This document shows positions 1 through 11,500 of a stretch of DNA of 64,000 nt, piece after piece. The position numbers and the translations under genes are program-made. Within the stretch, counting starts at the first letter, position 1; every line of letters starts with the position of its first letter. This stretch comes from Cyanophora paradoxa CCMP329 (Eukaryota; Plantae; Glaucophyta). The notes under the pieces are model-generated. The model was not told where the DNA came from. It ran no database searches and saw only the letters and a list, made by a program, of their open reading frames with translations. The DNA lies in contig QPMI01000272.1 in the NCBI GenBank assembly GCA_004431415.1, positions 30,367 to 94,366 of the forward strand, in the 5' to 3' direction.

Positions 1-660
1 CGCGCGGCGGCGGCGCCGCCGTAGGCACCTGATCTGGCCGGCGCGCGCCTCGCCGAACAATCCGGCGGCGCTCGAGAGGACGTGCAGGACCTCGTTGGAG
101 AGCCGCTGCATGAACCGCTCGAAGCGCCCGAAGGCGCTGCCGCACCCGCTTGCCGACGCCTCGCTGAAGCTGCGGTGCCTCTCGAACGCGTCGAGCTCCT
201 CGAAGGAGACGTCTGCTCCGTGCTCGGACTCATCGTTCAGGAGCGAGTGGAAGGACGAGGTCCGCGACAGCGAGCGGCCCGGCCAACCACGCCGCGAGCC
301 TGCGCCACAAGGCGCTCAGATCTAGAATCGGGCTGCGCCAGCGGCGCCTGCACCGCACCGCCCTCGCTGAAAATGAGCGACTGCGCGTCGTCCGGGGCCG
401 CATCCTGATCGTCGAAGCCGTCCGGGCCGGGCTCGCTGATGGTGTCGCCAGCCAGGAGCTCCTCACCTCCTGGATCGGGCGCCATAGAGCGCGCCACGCG
501 CTGAAGGCTCTTGGAATCCAGCGGGCTGAGTGAGATCCCCAGCTAAGGCGTCGTGGAATGCCGCTGATTGCCTTCGAATTCGCCGATTGCCGGACGGCCT
601 CGGAAGGGTGCGAGCTGGCGAAATCTCCGATCGACGGGTCACGTACGCAAGCTTTTAGGT
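1..660 (-). CDS. Hypothetical protein, 3' part runs off the window start; start codon uncertain
   Basis: Exon ~360-497 (..GGEELLAGDTISEPGPDGFDDQDAAPDD..), GT-AG intron ~300-359 with CTGAG branch-like site, next exon SRRGWPGRSLSRTSSFHSLLNDESE..FERFMQRLSNE; no recognisable domain. Confidence 0.4.
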
Positions 661-1450
661 ACGCGCTCGCGGCTGATGTGGATCGCTGATGTGAGCCGCG
701 GCCGACCAGGGTACACGAGAATTCGAGTTTCGAATTCTCTGCAGCTAGCGCTAGCGCTAGCGCTGGCCGGCGCCGCGCCGGCGTCGGGCCCACGTTTCGA
801 CAACGTTAGCACTATATGTATACGTATACATATATAGCTACGGCTTACATCGACTAAAGTATTAGATCTGCGCATGCGGCGCCGGCCGGCCCGCGAAAGA
901 GCGGGGCGATGGCGGCGGGGGCGGCGTCCGCGGGCCGGAGCCCGCCGGCGTCGCGCAGCTCGCCGAGTCGAGGGCCGCCCCCGCCCCCGTCCGCCGCGCA
1001 GCCTCCAGGAGCGCCCTCACGACCTCCCCCCGCCCGCCGGGCCGCCCTGCGCGCGCCGCAGCGCTAGCTCGGCCGAGAATCGAGATCGCCGAGTCGAGCT
1101 CGCGCGCAGCTGCAGGGCCGGGGCCCGGCCGGCGTACCCTGCAGGCGACGTGGAGCGGCGTCGCCCCGAGCCGGTCCTGCGCGCCGAGCGCCGCAGCCGC
1201 AGCTCGAGCTCGAGCTCGAGCCCCGCCGCAGCTCGCCCGCTTGCCGAGTCGGCCTCGCTCGGCCGTCCCATGACGTCGATCAAGCGCTTGCGCCCCGCTT
1301 CAGAAGCTTTCAATCTATTCTGGTATCGTTCGCAAAAATGGGGCAGCTCTGCGGCAGTCTCGAGCCGCGGGGGCGGGGTGCAGGGAGCACGGCAAGGGTG
1401 GCGGAGGGGCGGGGTTGGGCGGGGCGAGAGGGGCGCGGGGCGCGCGACGG

Positions 1451-4400
1451 CTATCTTGTCGGCCTGTCCTTCTTCACCGACGCGAACTTGTCGAGGATGA
1501 ACCTGGCAGGGGGCCGGGTCTGTCAGCCCGGGCGGGGCGGGGCGGGGCGGGGCGGGGCGGGGCGGGGCGGGGCGGGGCGGGGCGGGGCGGGGCGGGGCGG
1601 GCGGGGGGCACGGGGGCGCACTTGGCGGCAGAGGCGACGTACTCGTTGGAGGAGGTGCGGAGGTACTCGAGGACGGGGAGGCCGTTGGCGGCCTTGATGG
1701 CGCGCCGGCCCTCGCTGCTCGACGCCAGGTACCGCAGCGTCCCCACCGTGTACATCTGCACCGTCTCGTTCCGCGACTGCAGCAGGCCCACCAGCGGCGC
1801 CACGCCCCCGCACTCCCGGATCAAATCCTTGTTCCGGTCTGCCCGCACGCCCAGAAATCATCGAACCAGCACGGGCGGGGGCGGGGGCGGTGGCGGGGGC
1901 CGGCACCGTTGGCGGCGAGGTTCTGGAGGGCGCCGGCGGCGCAGCCCTGGACGGTCTCGTCGCGGGAGGTGAGGAGGGCGACGAGCGGGGCGATGCCGCC
2001 GGCCTCGACGATGAGCTCCTTGTTCCGGTCGTTCACGCAGAGGTTGCACAGCGCGACCAGCGGGCCGATGCCCCCCGTCCCCTGCTTGCACGAGGCGAGC
2101 AGCCCGACCAGCGGCGGGATGCCCCCCGCGTCCCGGATGATCTCCTGGTTGCGGTCTGCCGGCCGGGCGCCCCGTGAGCCGCGCGGCCGCAGAGGCGGCG
2201 GGGCGGGGGCCCCACCGTTGACGGCGAGGTTCCCGAGGGCGCCGCCGGCGTTCTCCTGGACGGTCGGGTTGGGCGAGGAGAGGAGCTTGACCAGCGGGCC
2301 GATCGCCCCCGCGCGGACGATCAGCTCCTTGTTGCGGTCTGCGGGGAGGTAAGAGGGGCCGGGGCGGGCGGGCGGGGCCGGGGACGGGCGCGGGCGCGCC
2401 GTTGCGGCCGAGGTAGCGGAAGGCGGCGGCGGCCTTCTCCTGCACGCGCTCGCTGCGGGAGGAGAGCAGCTGCACCAGCGACGGGATCGCTCCCGCGTCC
2501 CGGATCAGCTCCTGGTTCTTGGCTGCGAGCCGCCCCCGCGCGTCGGGCCGGGGCCGCGGGTGCAGGAGACGCGGGCGGGGCCGGGGGCGGGGCGGGGGCG
2601 GGGGAGGCGCACCGTTGGCGGCGAGGTAGGCGAGGGCGCCGGCGGAGTTGCCCTGGACCATCTCGTTGGGGACGGTGAGGAGGCGCACCAGCGGCGGGAT
2701 GCCGCCGGCCTCCCGGATGTGCTCCTCGTTCCGCACTGGCCCCGGGCGCGTTGGCCGGGGGCCGGCCGCAGGCGGGGCGGGGGCGGGGCGGAGCCTCACC
2801 GTTGGCGGCGAGGTACCAGAGGGCGCGGGCGGCGTTCTCCTGCACGGCGAAGTTGTCGACCGTGAGGAGGTTCACCAGCGGCGGGATGCCCCCCGCGTCC
2901 CGGATCAGCGCCTGGTTCCGGTCTGCGGCGCCGGCGGCGGCTCGAGCGGCGCGCCGGAGCGGGCGGGGCGGGGCGGGGCGGGGGCCGCGGGGGGCACCGT
3001 TGAAGGCCAGGTTCGAGAGGGCGCCGGCGGCCATCTCGGAGACCTTCAGGTTGGGCGACTGCAGGAGGGTCACGAGCGGCGGGATGCCGTTCGCGTCGCG
3101 GATCAGCTCCTGGTTCTCGTCTGCGGCGCGGCGCGGCGCGACGTGGCGTCAGAGCTCCTGCGCGGGCGCGGCGCGGCGGCGCGGCGGCGCTGCGGGGCGC
3201 ACCGCGGACGGCGAGGTTGCCGAGGACGGAGGCCGAGTTCTCCTGGATGACCTCGTTCATCGAGCCGAGCAGGTTCACCAGCGGCACGATCCCGCCCGCC
3301 TTCCGGATCAGGTCCTTGCACTTGTCTGCCCTCGCCCTCAGCCGCGCCGGGCCGCACGGGCGGGGCTGGGGGCGGACCGTTGACGGCGAGGTTGGCGAGG
3401 AGGGAGCCGGCGCACTCGACGACCGGCTCGCTCCGCCCGCTCAGGAGCGCCGTGAGCGGCGCGATGCCGCCCATGTCCCGAATCGTCTCCTTGTCGCGGT
3501 CTGCGCGGCGCCGGCGGCGTGAGCGGCGCGGAGCCGCGGCGGCACTGGGCCGGGGCCCGAACCGTTCAGGTTCAGCTTGGCGAGGGTCTGGCACGAGAGC
3601 TCGCGCAGCGTCTGGTCCGAGCTGAAGAGGACCTGTACGAGCGGCTGCACTCCGCCGACCGCCCGCACGACCTCCTTGTTGCGGTCTGCGCGGCCGGCTC
3701 TCAGGAAGGAGAAAAAGAGGAACGCCGCTCGGCGCTCACCGTTCTCGTTCGCTAGGTGCGCTAACTGTTCCATCGCGGCCGCTTGCTCTTCGTACGAAAG
3801 GTTCTTGGTGGACAGCTTCGCTATCAGGGCCCTGCGGAAAGGATCAAATCCACGTCCGCATTCTGCGCGAGGGCTGCTCGCACCGAATCCGGTTCGCGGC
3901 CTCATCGTTGCTCGAGCGCGGGGTGCGCTCGTCATCGCTGTCCAACTCCGCGCCCGGCGCCTTGCTCTCCAGGGATTGGAGAAGGACGGAGATGTCGGTC
4001 GTCAGCTCCTGGAAGTGGCGAATCGCAGTGTTCTCATCGGTATCCTCCGCGCCGGAGAATCCTTTCCCGAACTCGAAGCTGCGCCCGGTAGAAGCGCGGC
4101 CCTTGCGCTTGATCGGCTGGCCGGGGGTCTTGAACTTGGATGCAGGGACCTGGAAGCAGCAGATCATCCTGCTCTCGCCGCGTTCCGACGCGGCCTTCTG
4201 TGTACCGCCGATAGTCTGCATGTGCTGTGTGACTTCGCCACCCAGCTGCTGCCTGCGAACGGCAGCGACATTAGAAGAGGTCGAACGGAAGTCAAAACCG
4301 ACGCACAGGTGCATGAGTAACTTGGCTTTCATTTCGGTCTGAAGTGCCCTCCGAACCAGACGATTTGTGCGCTTGTCGTCCGATGTGAGCCCCAGTTGCG

Positions 4401-4461
4401 CCGCCGAACGCGGTGTAAGCCCGCTGCCGGCAGTCCGAGGAGACGGCCGCGCGCCGTCCAT
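1451..4461 (-). CDS. Armadillo-repeat protein (Vac8/importin-alpha-like fold), ~12 ARM repeats
   Basis: Spliced exons give repeats of consensus D-RN(K/Q)ELIR-AGGIPPLV-LL---NE-VQE-AA-AL-NLA-N; GT/GC-AG introns restore the frame; TAG at 1451-1453 (3' end less certain). Confidence 0.9.
1530..1603. repeat. (GGGGC)n microsatellite, ~14 units, inside last ARM-gene intron
   Basis: Direct tandem ggcgg/ggggc run. Confidence 0.9.
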
Positions 4462-4731
4462 GCTGAAGATGATGATGCGGCCTCCAAGCTATGCAGCGGC
4501 GGTCGAAATGCGGTGTAATCAAAAGGCCACGCCCAGGTCAACGCCAACGAAGAGCGAGCAACCCCGCTCGCCCCGCTCGGTCAGCCCGGTACGGGCTCGG
4601 TTCTACGATCTGAATTTGGAAGCCGCGCAGCGACACCCGCGGCCCTCTCCGTGTTGTCTTGGGGGTACAGGCTCCGAGTCGAGCAACGGCATCCCGGCAC
4701 CTCCTCGCTCCGAGCCTCGCCCTCGAGCAAA

Positions 4732-7700
4732 ATGGGGCCTAGGAGCGTCGCAGATATGAGCGTCGCCGGCTCGCAGGCGGGGCTCAACAGCCAGCAGCAG
4801 CGGGAGCTCCTCCAAATGAACCAGGCGGCCGCCCTTCAGGATCTGCTTCAGGAGGTGCGTACAGCGGGACGGCTCAAGTAGCGCATGGGGGAAGCTTAGC
4901 TACGCACTTGGGATCGTTAGCTAGGGCGGCAGGGCTGATCGCCGGCGGCAGGTCGGAAACCTCAAGAAGGTCGTGGCGAACCTGAGCCTGAAAGACGAGG
5001 CAGCCAAGAAAACGCGCTTATCGAAGCTCGACGAGCTTCTGGGCAAGAAGGAGATGCCGAAGCTACCCCCGAAGAGTGCGTCGCCGAACGACCGGCCCGT
5101 GCCGCCAGCTCACGCCGTGCCGCAGACATCAAGGAGCCCGTGGCGCTGTCTGTGGACGAAAAGGGCTTCGTAAGAGTCGTTCCGGAGGACGCGTATGCTC
5201 AGGTGGGCACCCCGCCTTGGCGCGAGCCCGCCGCGAGCACCGCCGCGTCACACGGCCGGGCGCGGGCGCGCGCAGTCGGCGGACCAGCTGGTGAAGTTCA
5301 TGGTGAAGGCGCCGGACTTCACGGACCAGGACATCTTCCAGGCGGTGCGGCAGCGCACGGCGGCGCAGAAGAAGGCGAAGATGCGCGCCCTCGCCGAGAA
5401 GGGCCAGAAGCTGCACGAGGTCAGCGCGCCGGCCCCGCCCCGCGCGCGGGGCGCTCGTCGAGCGGGGCGGCGCAGGCGCCGCCGAGGTCGGCGAAGAAGC
5501 TGTTCCACCCGCTGGGCCCGGCGAAGGCGGGGAAGGCGAAGGCGGACGAGGACCCGTGGGCGGCGGCGACGCGGAAGCCCGGGATGGAGCTGCTGGTGCC
5601 GAACCGGGAGGCGAACGCGTGGAAGCAGCGGCGGCGGGCGCTGAAGGCCTTCCAGCGCAACGTCGAGCTCTACACCGTCGAGCCCCTCCACGTCCGCTCC
5701 GACGAGGAGGCCTCCACCGACGAGGAGGGCGCCCCCGGCCGCCCCTCGACGCTCTTCAGCTTCGCCGTCTTCGGGGCGCGCCGGTGGCGGCGGGAGTGGT
5801 ACAAGGGGGCCCGCTTCGCGGAGGTGCGGGAGCGACAGCTGGCGATGCGGCGGCGGCTGCTGGGGACGGACGGGCACCGGAGCGACCACCGCATCCGGCC
5901 CCGCGAGGTCCCCTACGCCCTCCGCCTCGCCCGCGGCGCCTCCAGGCCCCCCCAGGCGAGCCCCGCCGCGTCCCCCGCGCCGCGCCCCGCCGCGCCGCGC
6001 GGCGCTCACGGGGCGGCGGCGAGCAGCACCTGGAGCTGGAGCTGCTGCGCTCGTGCGTGTACGCGGCGACGGACATCCGCGAGGCCGCCCGCGCCGTCCT
6101 CCCCGGCGCCTACCTCGCCACCCGCTTCCACCGGTCAGACCCCGCCCGCCCGCCCGCCCCCCTCTTCCTCTTCCCCCGCCGACTTCTGACCGGCGCGCAG
6201 CGTGGTGGAGGACGCGTCGCCGGACGGGCGGTACGCGCACTTCCGGACGGGGCGCGCGGACTACGAGAAGCTCTTCGCCTTCCCGTTCGGCTTCGCGCTG
6301 CCGCCGCGGGGCGCGCCCGTGCGCGTGCACCTCGACGTCCGCGCCGCCGCCCTCACCCCGCGCAACGTCCTCGCCTTCGGCCTCTCCGACGGCGACACGT
6401 CCGCCCCCCCGCCCGCCCCCGCCCGCCCGCCCGCCGCTCGCCGGGGCGGACGCTGAGCGCGCGCGCGCAGCTTCGTGGGCTTCGAGCGCGGCTCGGCGAG
6501 CGACGGGGTGCTGGGCTGGGCGGTCTCCGGGGTGGACGACGGGGCGCGGCTGCGGAAGGCGGTGGAGCGCTCGACGTACCAGGGGACGGAGCGCCTGTGC
6601 GAGAACTTCGACGTCGACATCCTCATCGTCGACGGGGCCTCCCCCGAGCACGAGACCGACGTCTACGTGCGCCCCGGCTGGTCGGCCCGGGCGAGGCCGC
6701 CGAACCGCGCGCGCAGGTGGGGGCGTGGGCGAAGGACGTGCCGGCGCGGGCGCCGCTGCTCCTCAAGGGCCACCTGAAGCGGGGCCGGCCCCTCCAGCTC
6801 GCCTGCTTCGCCACCGGTGCGGGCGCCCCGTCCTTCCCCTCCCCGCGGGCCCCCGCCCACTCGGGGCCAGGGCGGCACGAGGAGTACGCCGTGCGCGCCG
6901 TCGCTGTCAACGTCTTCGTGCCCCGTGCGCCCGGCGCTTCGTGCCCCTCCTCGCGCCATCTGACGGCGCTTGGGCAGACGGGGGCGGCGCGCGGGTGCCG
7001 CACCTGGACGAGCGGCCGGACAAGCGGCTGCCCGAGTGGGTGCTGGACTACAAGGGCAAGCGCAAGTCCAACCGCGAGCGCAACGGCCGCCTCCGCGCCG
7101 CCCCGGCCCTCCTCGCCTCCGCCCCCGCCGGCCTCCCCTCCGCAGCCCCCTTGAACCCCACCGGCGCCGGCGCCGGCCCCGCGGCCGCCCCGGCCGCCGC
7201 CCGGGCCGCGGCAGCCGCCCGGGCCGCACCGGACCCCGCGGCGGGAGCGCTCTTGTCGTCCGGGCCGGGCCCCGCTGCGCCGGCCGCGGCCTCCTCCTCG
7301 TCCAGCGCCGCGCCGGCCCCGCGGCAGGCGGAGCCGGCGGCCGCGCCGGCCGAGGGCGACTACGACATGTTCAGCGGCGTGAACGACGACATGTGGCGGC
7401 CCGGCGGCGGCCCCTACGACGCCGGCATCGGCGTCGCGTTCCCCGAGCCCCACGTACCCCCGTGCGCGGCTGCGGAACGCCCGCGCGTGCTCGGGGGCTG
7501 ACGCGGGGCCCCCTCCAGGCGGGCGCAGGAGCGGAAGGCGGCGGCGTGGGCGGCGGCGGCCCCGCGGGCGTCCTGGCCGGTGTCGGACGGGCGCGGCTGG
7601 GGCTCGACACCGGGCGAGGGGACGGCCCCCTCCGCGCTGCGGCCCCAGGTGACCCTCGACCCGTGGCGCTCGCGCCTCAACGTGCACGGCGAGAAGGTGT

Positions 7701-8237
7701 ACGAGGTGCGCCCTTCTCCCCGCCACCCGCCCTGTCCCCACGCCGCCGACGCGACGTGGCGCCGCGCAGTTCCCCGGCGGCTCGAACGTGCGGGCGGGGC
7801 AGCCGTGGGCGGAGCAGCCGGAGTGGCACCCGGCAGACGACGGGCGCGGGGCCCTGCCGCTCGCGCAGGCGCCGCGTGGCCGCGAGTACTTCGCCGGCCG
7901 CTACGCCCAGGAGGCCGAGGCGTACTGGCGCGGCGAGGGGTACGGAGGCTACGGCGCCCGGGCCCACGCGCACGCCCCTGCGGCGCCGCACGGGGCCCGG
8001 GACCCGTGGAGGGCGTACCCCCACGAGCCGCGGCACCGGCAGCGCTCGCACCACGGGCACGGGCACGGGCACCACGAGGCGGCGAGCCACGCGCCGCACC
8101 CGGAGGACTACGGCCGCCACGACGGTTACGAGCCGCACGCCTACCACGAGCACGGGTACCGCCCCGAGTACGGCCAGGGGTACGGCCCGGCGGCGGGGTA
8201 CGACCATGGCTACGACCAGTACGACGGCTACCAATAG
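4732..8237 (+). CDS. Multi-exon protein of unknown function: coiled N-terminus, central beta-rich domain, His/Tyr/Gly-rich tail
   Basis: ~13 exons joined by GT/GC-AG introns with C/G-ending codons, e.g. SADQLVKFMVKAPDFTDQDIFQAVRQR, YAHFRTGRADYEKLFAFPFGF, FDVDILIVDG; TAG at 8235-8237. Confidence 0.7.
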
Positions 8238-8598
8238 GCGTTTCAAGACATAGCAGCGCGCGTTTGTAATTGCGTTAATTCGATCCTCAAGTGTACATAC
8301 ACGCTCCATCGCCAGATGCGCCCGAAGGGGTGGGCGCGCGGGGGCCGCATATCCTCCTTATATTCCTCTTTTCCCCCTACTTTCGATCAAATATTAATCT
8401 CTCGAGCTCCTACGTACAGGCGCCTTCGATCCGAGGTTCGATATCGCCTCTCCTATATAGCTCGCGTGGCCTATATATATAGCTCTAGCTCCTCTTTAAT
8501 CAATTTGTTCCCCTTCGAAATCTCTTCTTTCTCTTCCTCAAATGCAGGGCCTTCTAACATCTCTCCTTAAATTTATCGAGCACTTTAGTTCCTTCCCG

Positions 8599-11500
8599 AT
8601 GGATCAGCGCGTCGTCGACGTCGCGCTGCGGGCGTCGGCGCTCCTCGGCCTCTCTTCGTCGAGCTGCAGCTGCGCGTGCGAGGCGCGACGTCTCCCGCCA
8701 ACAGGCGAGGCGCAAGCCGGCGATCGCGAGGAAGGGCCCGCGCGCGCGCCTGAGCCGTCAGCGGCGATCGGGTGCGTGCGCATTTCAGAATTCTGCGCCC
8801 GGCATCGCGATCGCGCGTTCTTCGCCCCGCGAAATGATTACGACCCGCGGCCGCCCCGCTTTCGCATGCAGGTGCAAACTCGGGCTCGTGGCGGAAATGC
8901 TGGAAGAGACGCTCGAAGCGGACCGCGCCTTCGTGCTGCACATTTCGCGTGCCACACATGACGGTCGCGACGCTGAAGCGGGCGCCGCGCCTGCCATCAT
9001 GTTCGACGGGTCAGTTCAATATTCGAATTCTTTACTATAGTGAAAGCTTAAAGTGAACGCGTGGCGCAGAGAATTCGAATATCCGGTTGAGCTCGCGCGA
9101 TTCGCCTTCGCTAATCTCTCAGAGAGCGAGCCAGTCTACTCCGTTCAAGATGGACGCGCGGCGCTCATCGGGCGCGGCGTTGAGCCGGAACTCGCGAAAG
9201 AAGTTGCCGATGAAATTAACGCCGGATCCTGCATCTGGCGCCTCTGCTTCGCATTTGGCAAGGTGCCCAGTTGCCGCATATATAGCCGTGAAATAATCTG
9301 CTTAACCGCTCGTCCGGTGGGCTGGGCGCAGCCGTGGGCCCTCGCCGCAGTGCACTCGAAGGAAATTGGTCGGGCCTTCACCGTTGCAGATCGTGACGCG
9401 CTGAGTGCGATTGCGGATTGCGGTGCGTCGACTTACTCGCACGGTGCTCTGTGGCGCATGCTGCATGCTGATCATGACTGGCTACGCTTGCGCCCGTCCA
9501 GTCGGCATGTCGCTCGCACTCGGCTTGCCGCAGCCATATGCATGGGCTGCGCGCGGAGAACCCGATAGATCTGAACAGCGACCGCAAGAGCTGACACATT
9601 CATCCGGATCGAGGGAGGAGAGCATGCGTTCACATTCGCTCGAAGACATGTCGTCGACGGTGCAGACTCTGCAGAAGCAGGTTCGCCGCAATTTGCGAAA
9701 TTGGAAGCATAGGTATAGGCTTCGCTAAAATCGCTTTTTCGCGATCTCAAACTCGTCGTGCATTAATATAAGAACTGCTAATAATATAACATTTCATGCG
9801 CAGCTGGCGGAGCGCACGGAGCTGCTAGACAGATGGCGTCTGTGCGAAGCGCTTACTCGGGATATTGACCGCGGAATGCGATTGTTCGTCTTGCAGACCT
9901 CGTTTAATTTCCAACCGATAGCCAATTCATCGATTTGTCTCGCAGACAACTGACTCTTAACGAAATTCTTTGCAACGTGGCAGGACGCGCCCGAGACCTG
10001 TTTCAGGCATGCTCCCTCCCCAGCCCGCGCCCGCGATCAGTTGAATAACAGCGAATGATGTGCAATAAAGTTTATTATGGTCTCTAAATCTTCCGATTTT
10101 ATGATCGCATTGTACAACTGACGCGTAGCCAACCAGGCGGACGTCGTAGCGATCCACGCGGTTTCCGAGGGAGGTGTGGCGGGGGAGGGCCCAAACGGCG
10201 GCTCCGAGCCTTTCGAGCGCTATGTCCGTCCCCATAGTTTAGACCCCCCCCCCCCCCCCCCCGAAAAAAAATCCGCGTGCGCCCTTAAGCTTCCGGACCT
10301 CGCCCCAGTTCGTGCTGCGCTCCGGGGAGACGGAGGTCACGGAGGAGGTCCTCACGCCGAGCTCTCCCGCCGTCTTGCGCCGACTCGCGGTGCGCGAATT
10401 CGAGCTGCGGCGCAGTCTAGTGCAGCGCGCTGATCGATATCATGGCCATGGCACGTTTCCAAAGCGCTCGCTGGCAATGGATGGGCACACGTCCTTTTAT
10501 TGCAACATAGGCGAATTTGTGCAGGTGCACTCGGTTGCAATTGTTTCATTCCGAGATTGCCATGAATAGTCAAAGTTTTTTTGAAATATGCGTATGCATC
10601 GATTTATTGGATTATATTAACATAGCCGATCGCGATCGCGATCTTGAATTCGAACAGGACGCTGCAGAGGATCAGGCGAACGTCGCCCGCTGGGCTGCGC
10701 CCTTCGGTGTCCGCTCCGCCCTCGAGCGCGCGTTGGACTTGGGCGAACAGGTTTGATTCCGACAAACCAAATTTAATATCGTTAGCGTATCTGTCTCATG
10801 AACACACGGTTCCGACCCGCGGCCGTAGGCAACGGGTCTGGCCATGGTGACGATCGGGTGGACGCAGCCGCGAACCATGCCGCCGGACGAGATTCCAATC
10901 TTTCAAAATCTCACGTGCGCTGCGAATTTGAAATGCATCAATATTACTGCATCCCACTTCACTCTTGCAATCGTCTGACGCGCCCGTCTAATGTGCACAG
11001 AAATTATCTGGGACACGCGGTAAGTCAGCGGTGCTGGCGGATCGCGATATCATGCATATGTATCATGCGCTTGAGTTAACGTTACCGATTGAAACATTTC
11101 GGGATTCGAATGCGTACGCGTGCCGCAGATCAGTCAGGAAAACCTCGTTCGCAAACTCGAATCACGCAATCGGCTTCTGCAGAGCGAAGTGCGCTTTTTA
11201 TAAATTTAAGTTAAATTCTACGTATATACGTCAATGTCGAAGTCGTTCTTTAATTTCATTTCCGTGCGTGCATCGCAGCTTTCGCGGGCAAAGCTTCTGC
11301 GATCGATGACGCAAGACATTCGATCCACGCTCGAAACCAGAAGGTTGGCTAACGTTAGCTATAGATCTAGATCCCGGGCTCCCGAATGCTGTACACGCGG
11401 GTATAACTTATAATTATGTGCGTGTCCTCAGGGTGATTGAGAAGACAGCGAGCCTTCTAAGGGACGCGTACGGGGCCGACGCGGTGGAGATCATGGCAGT

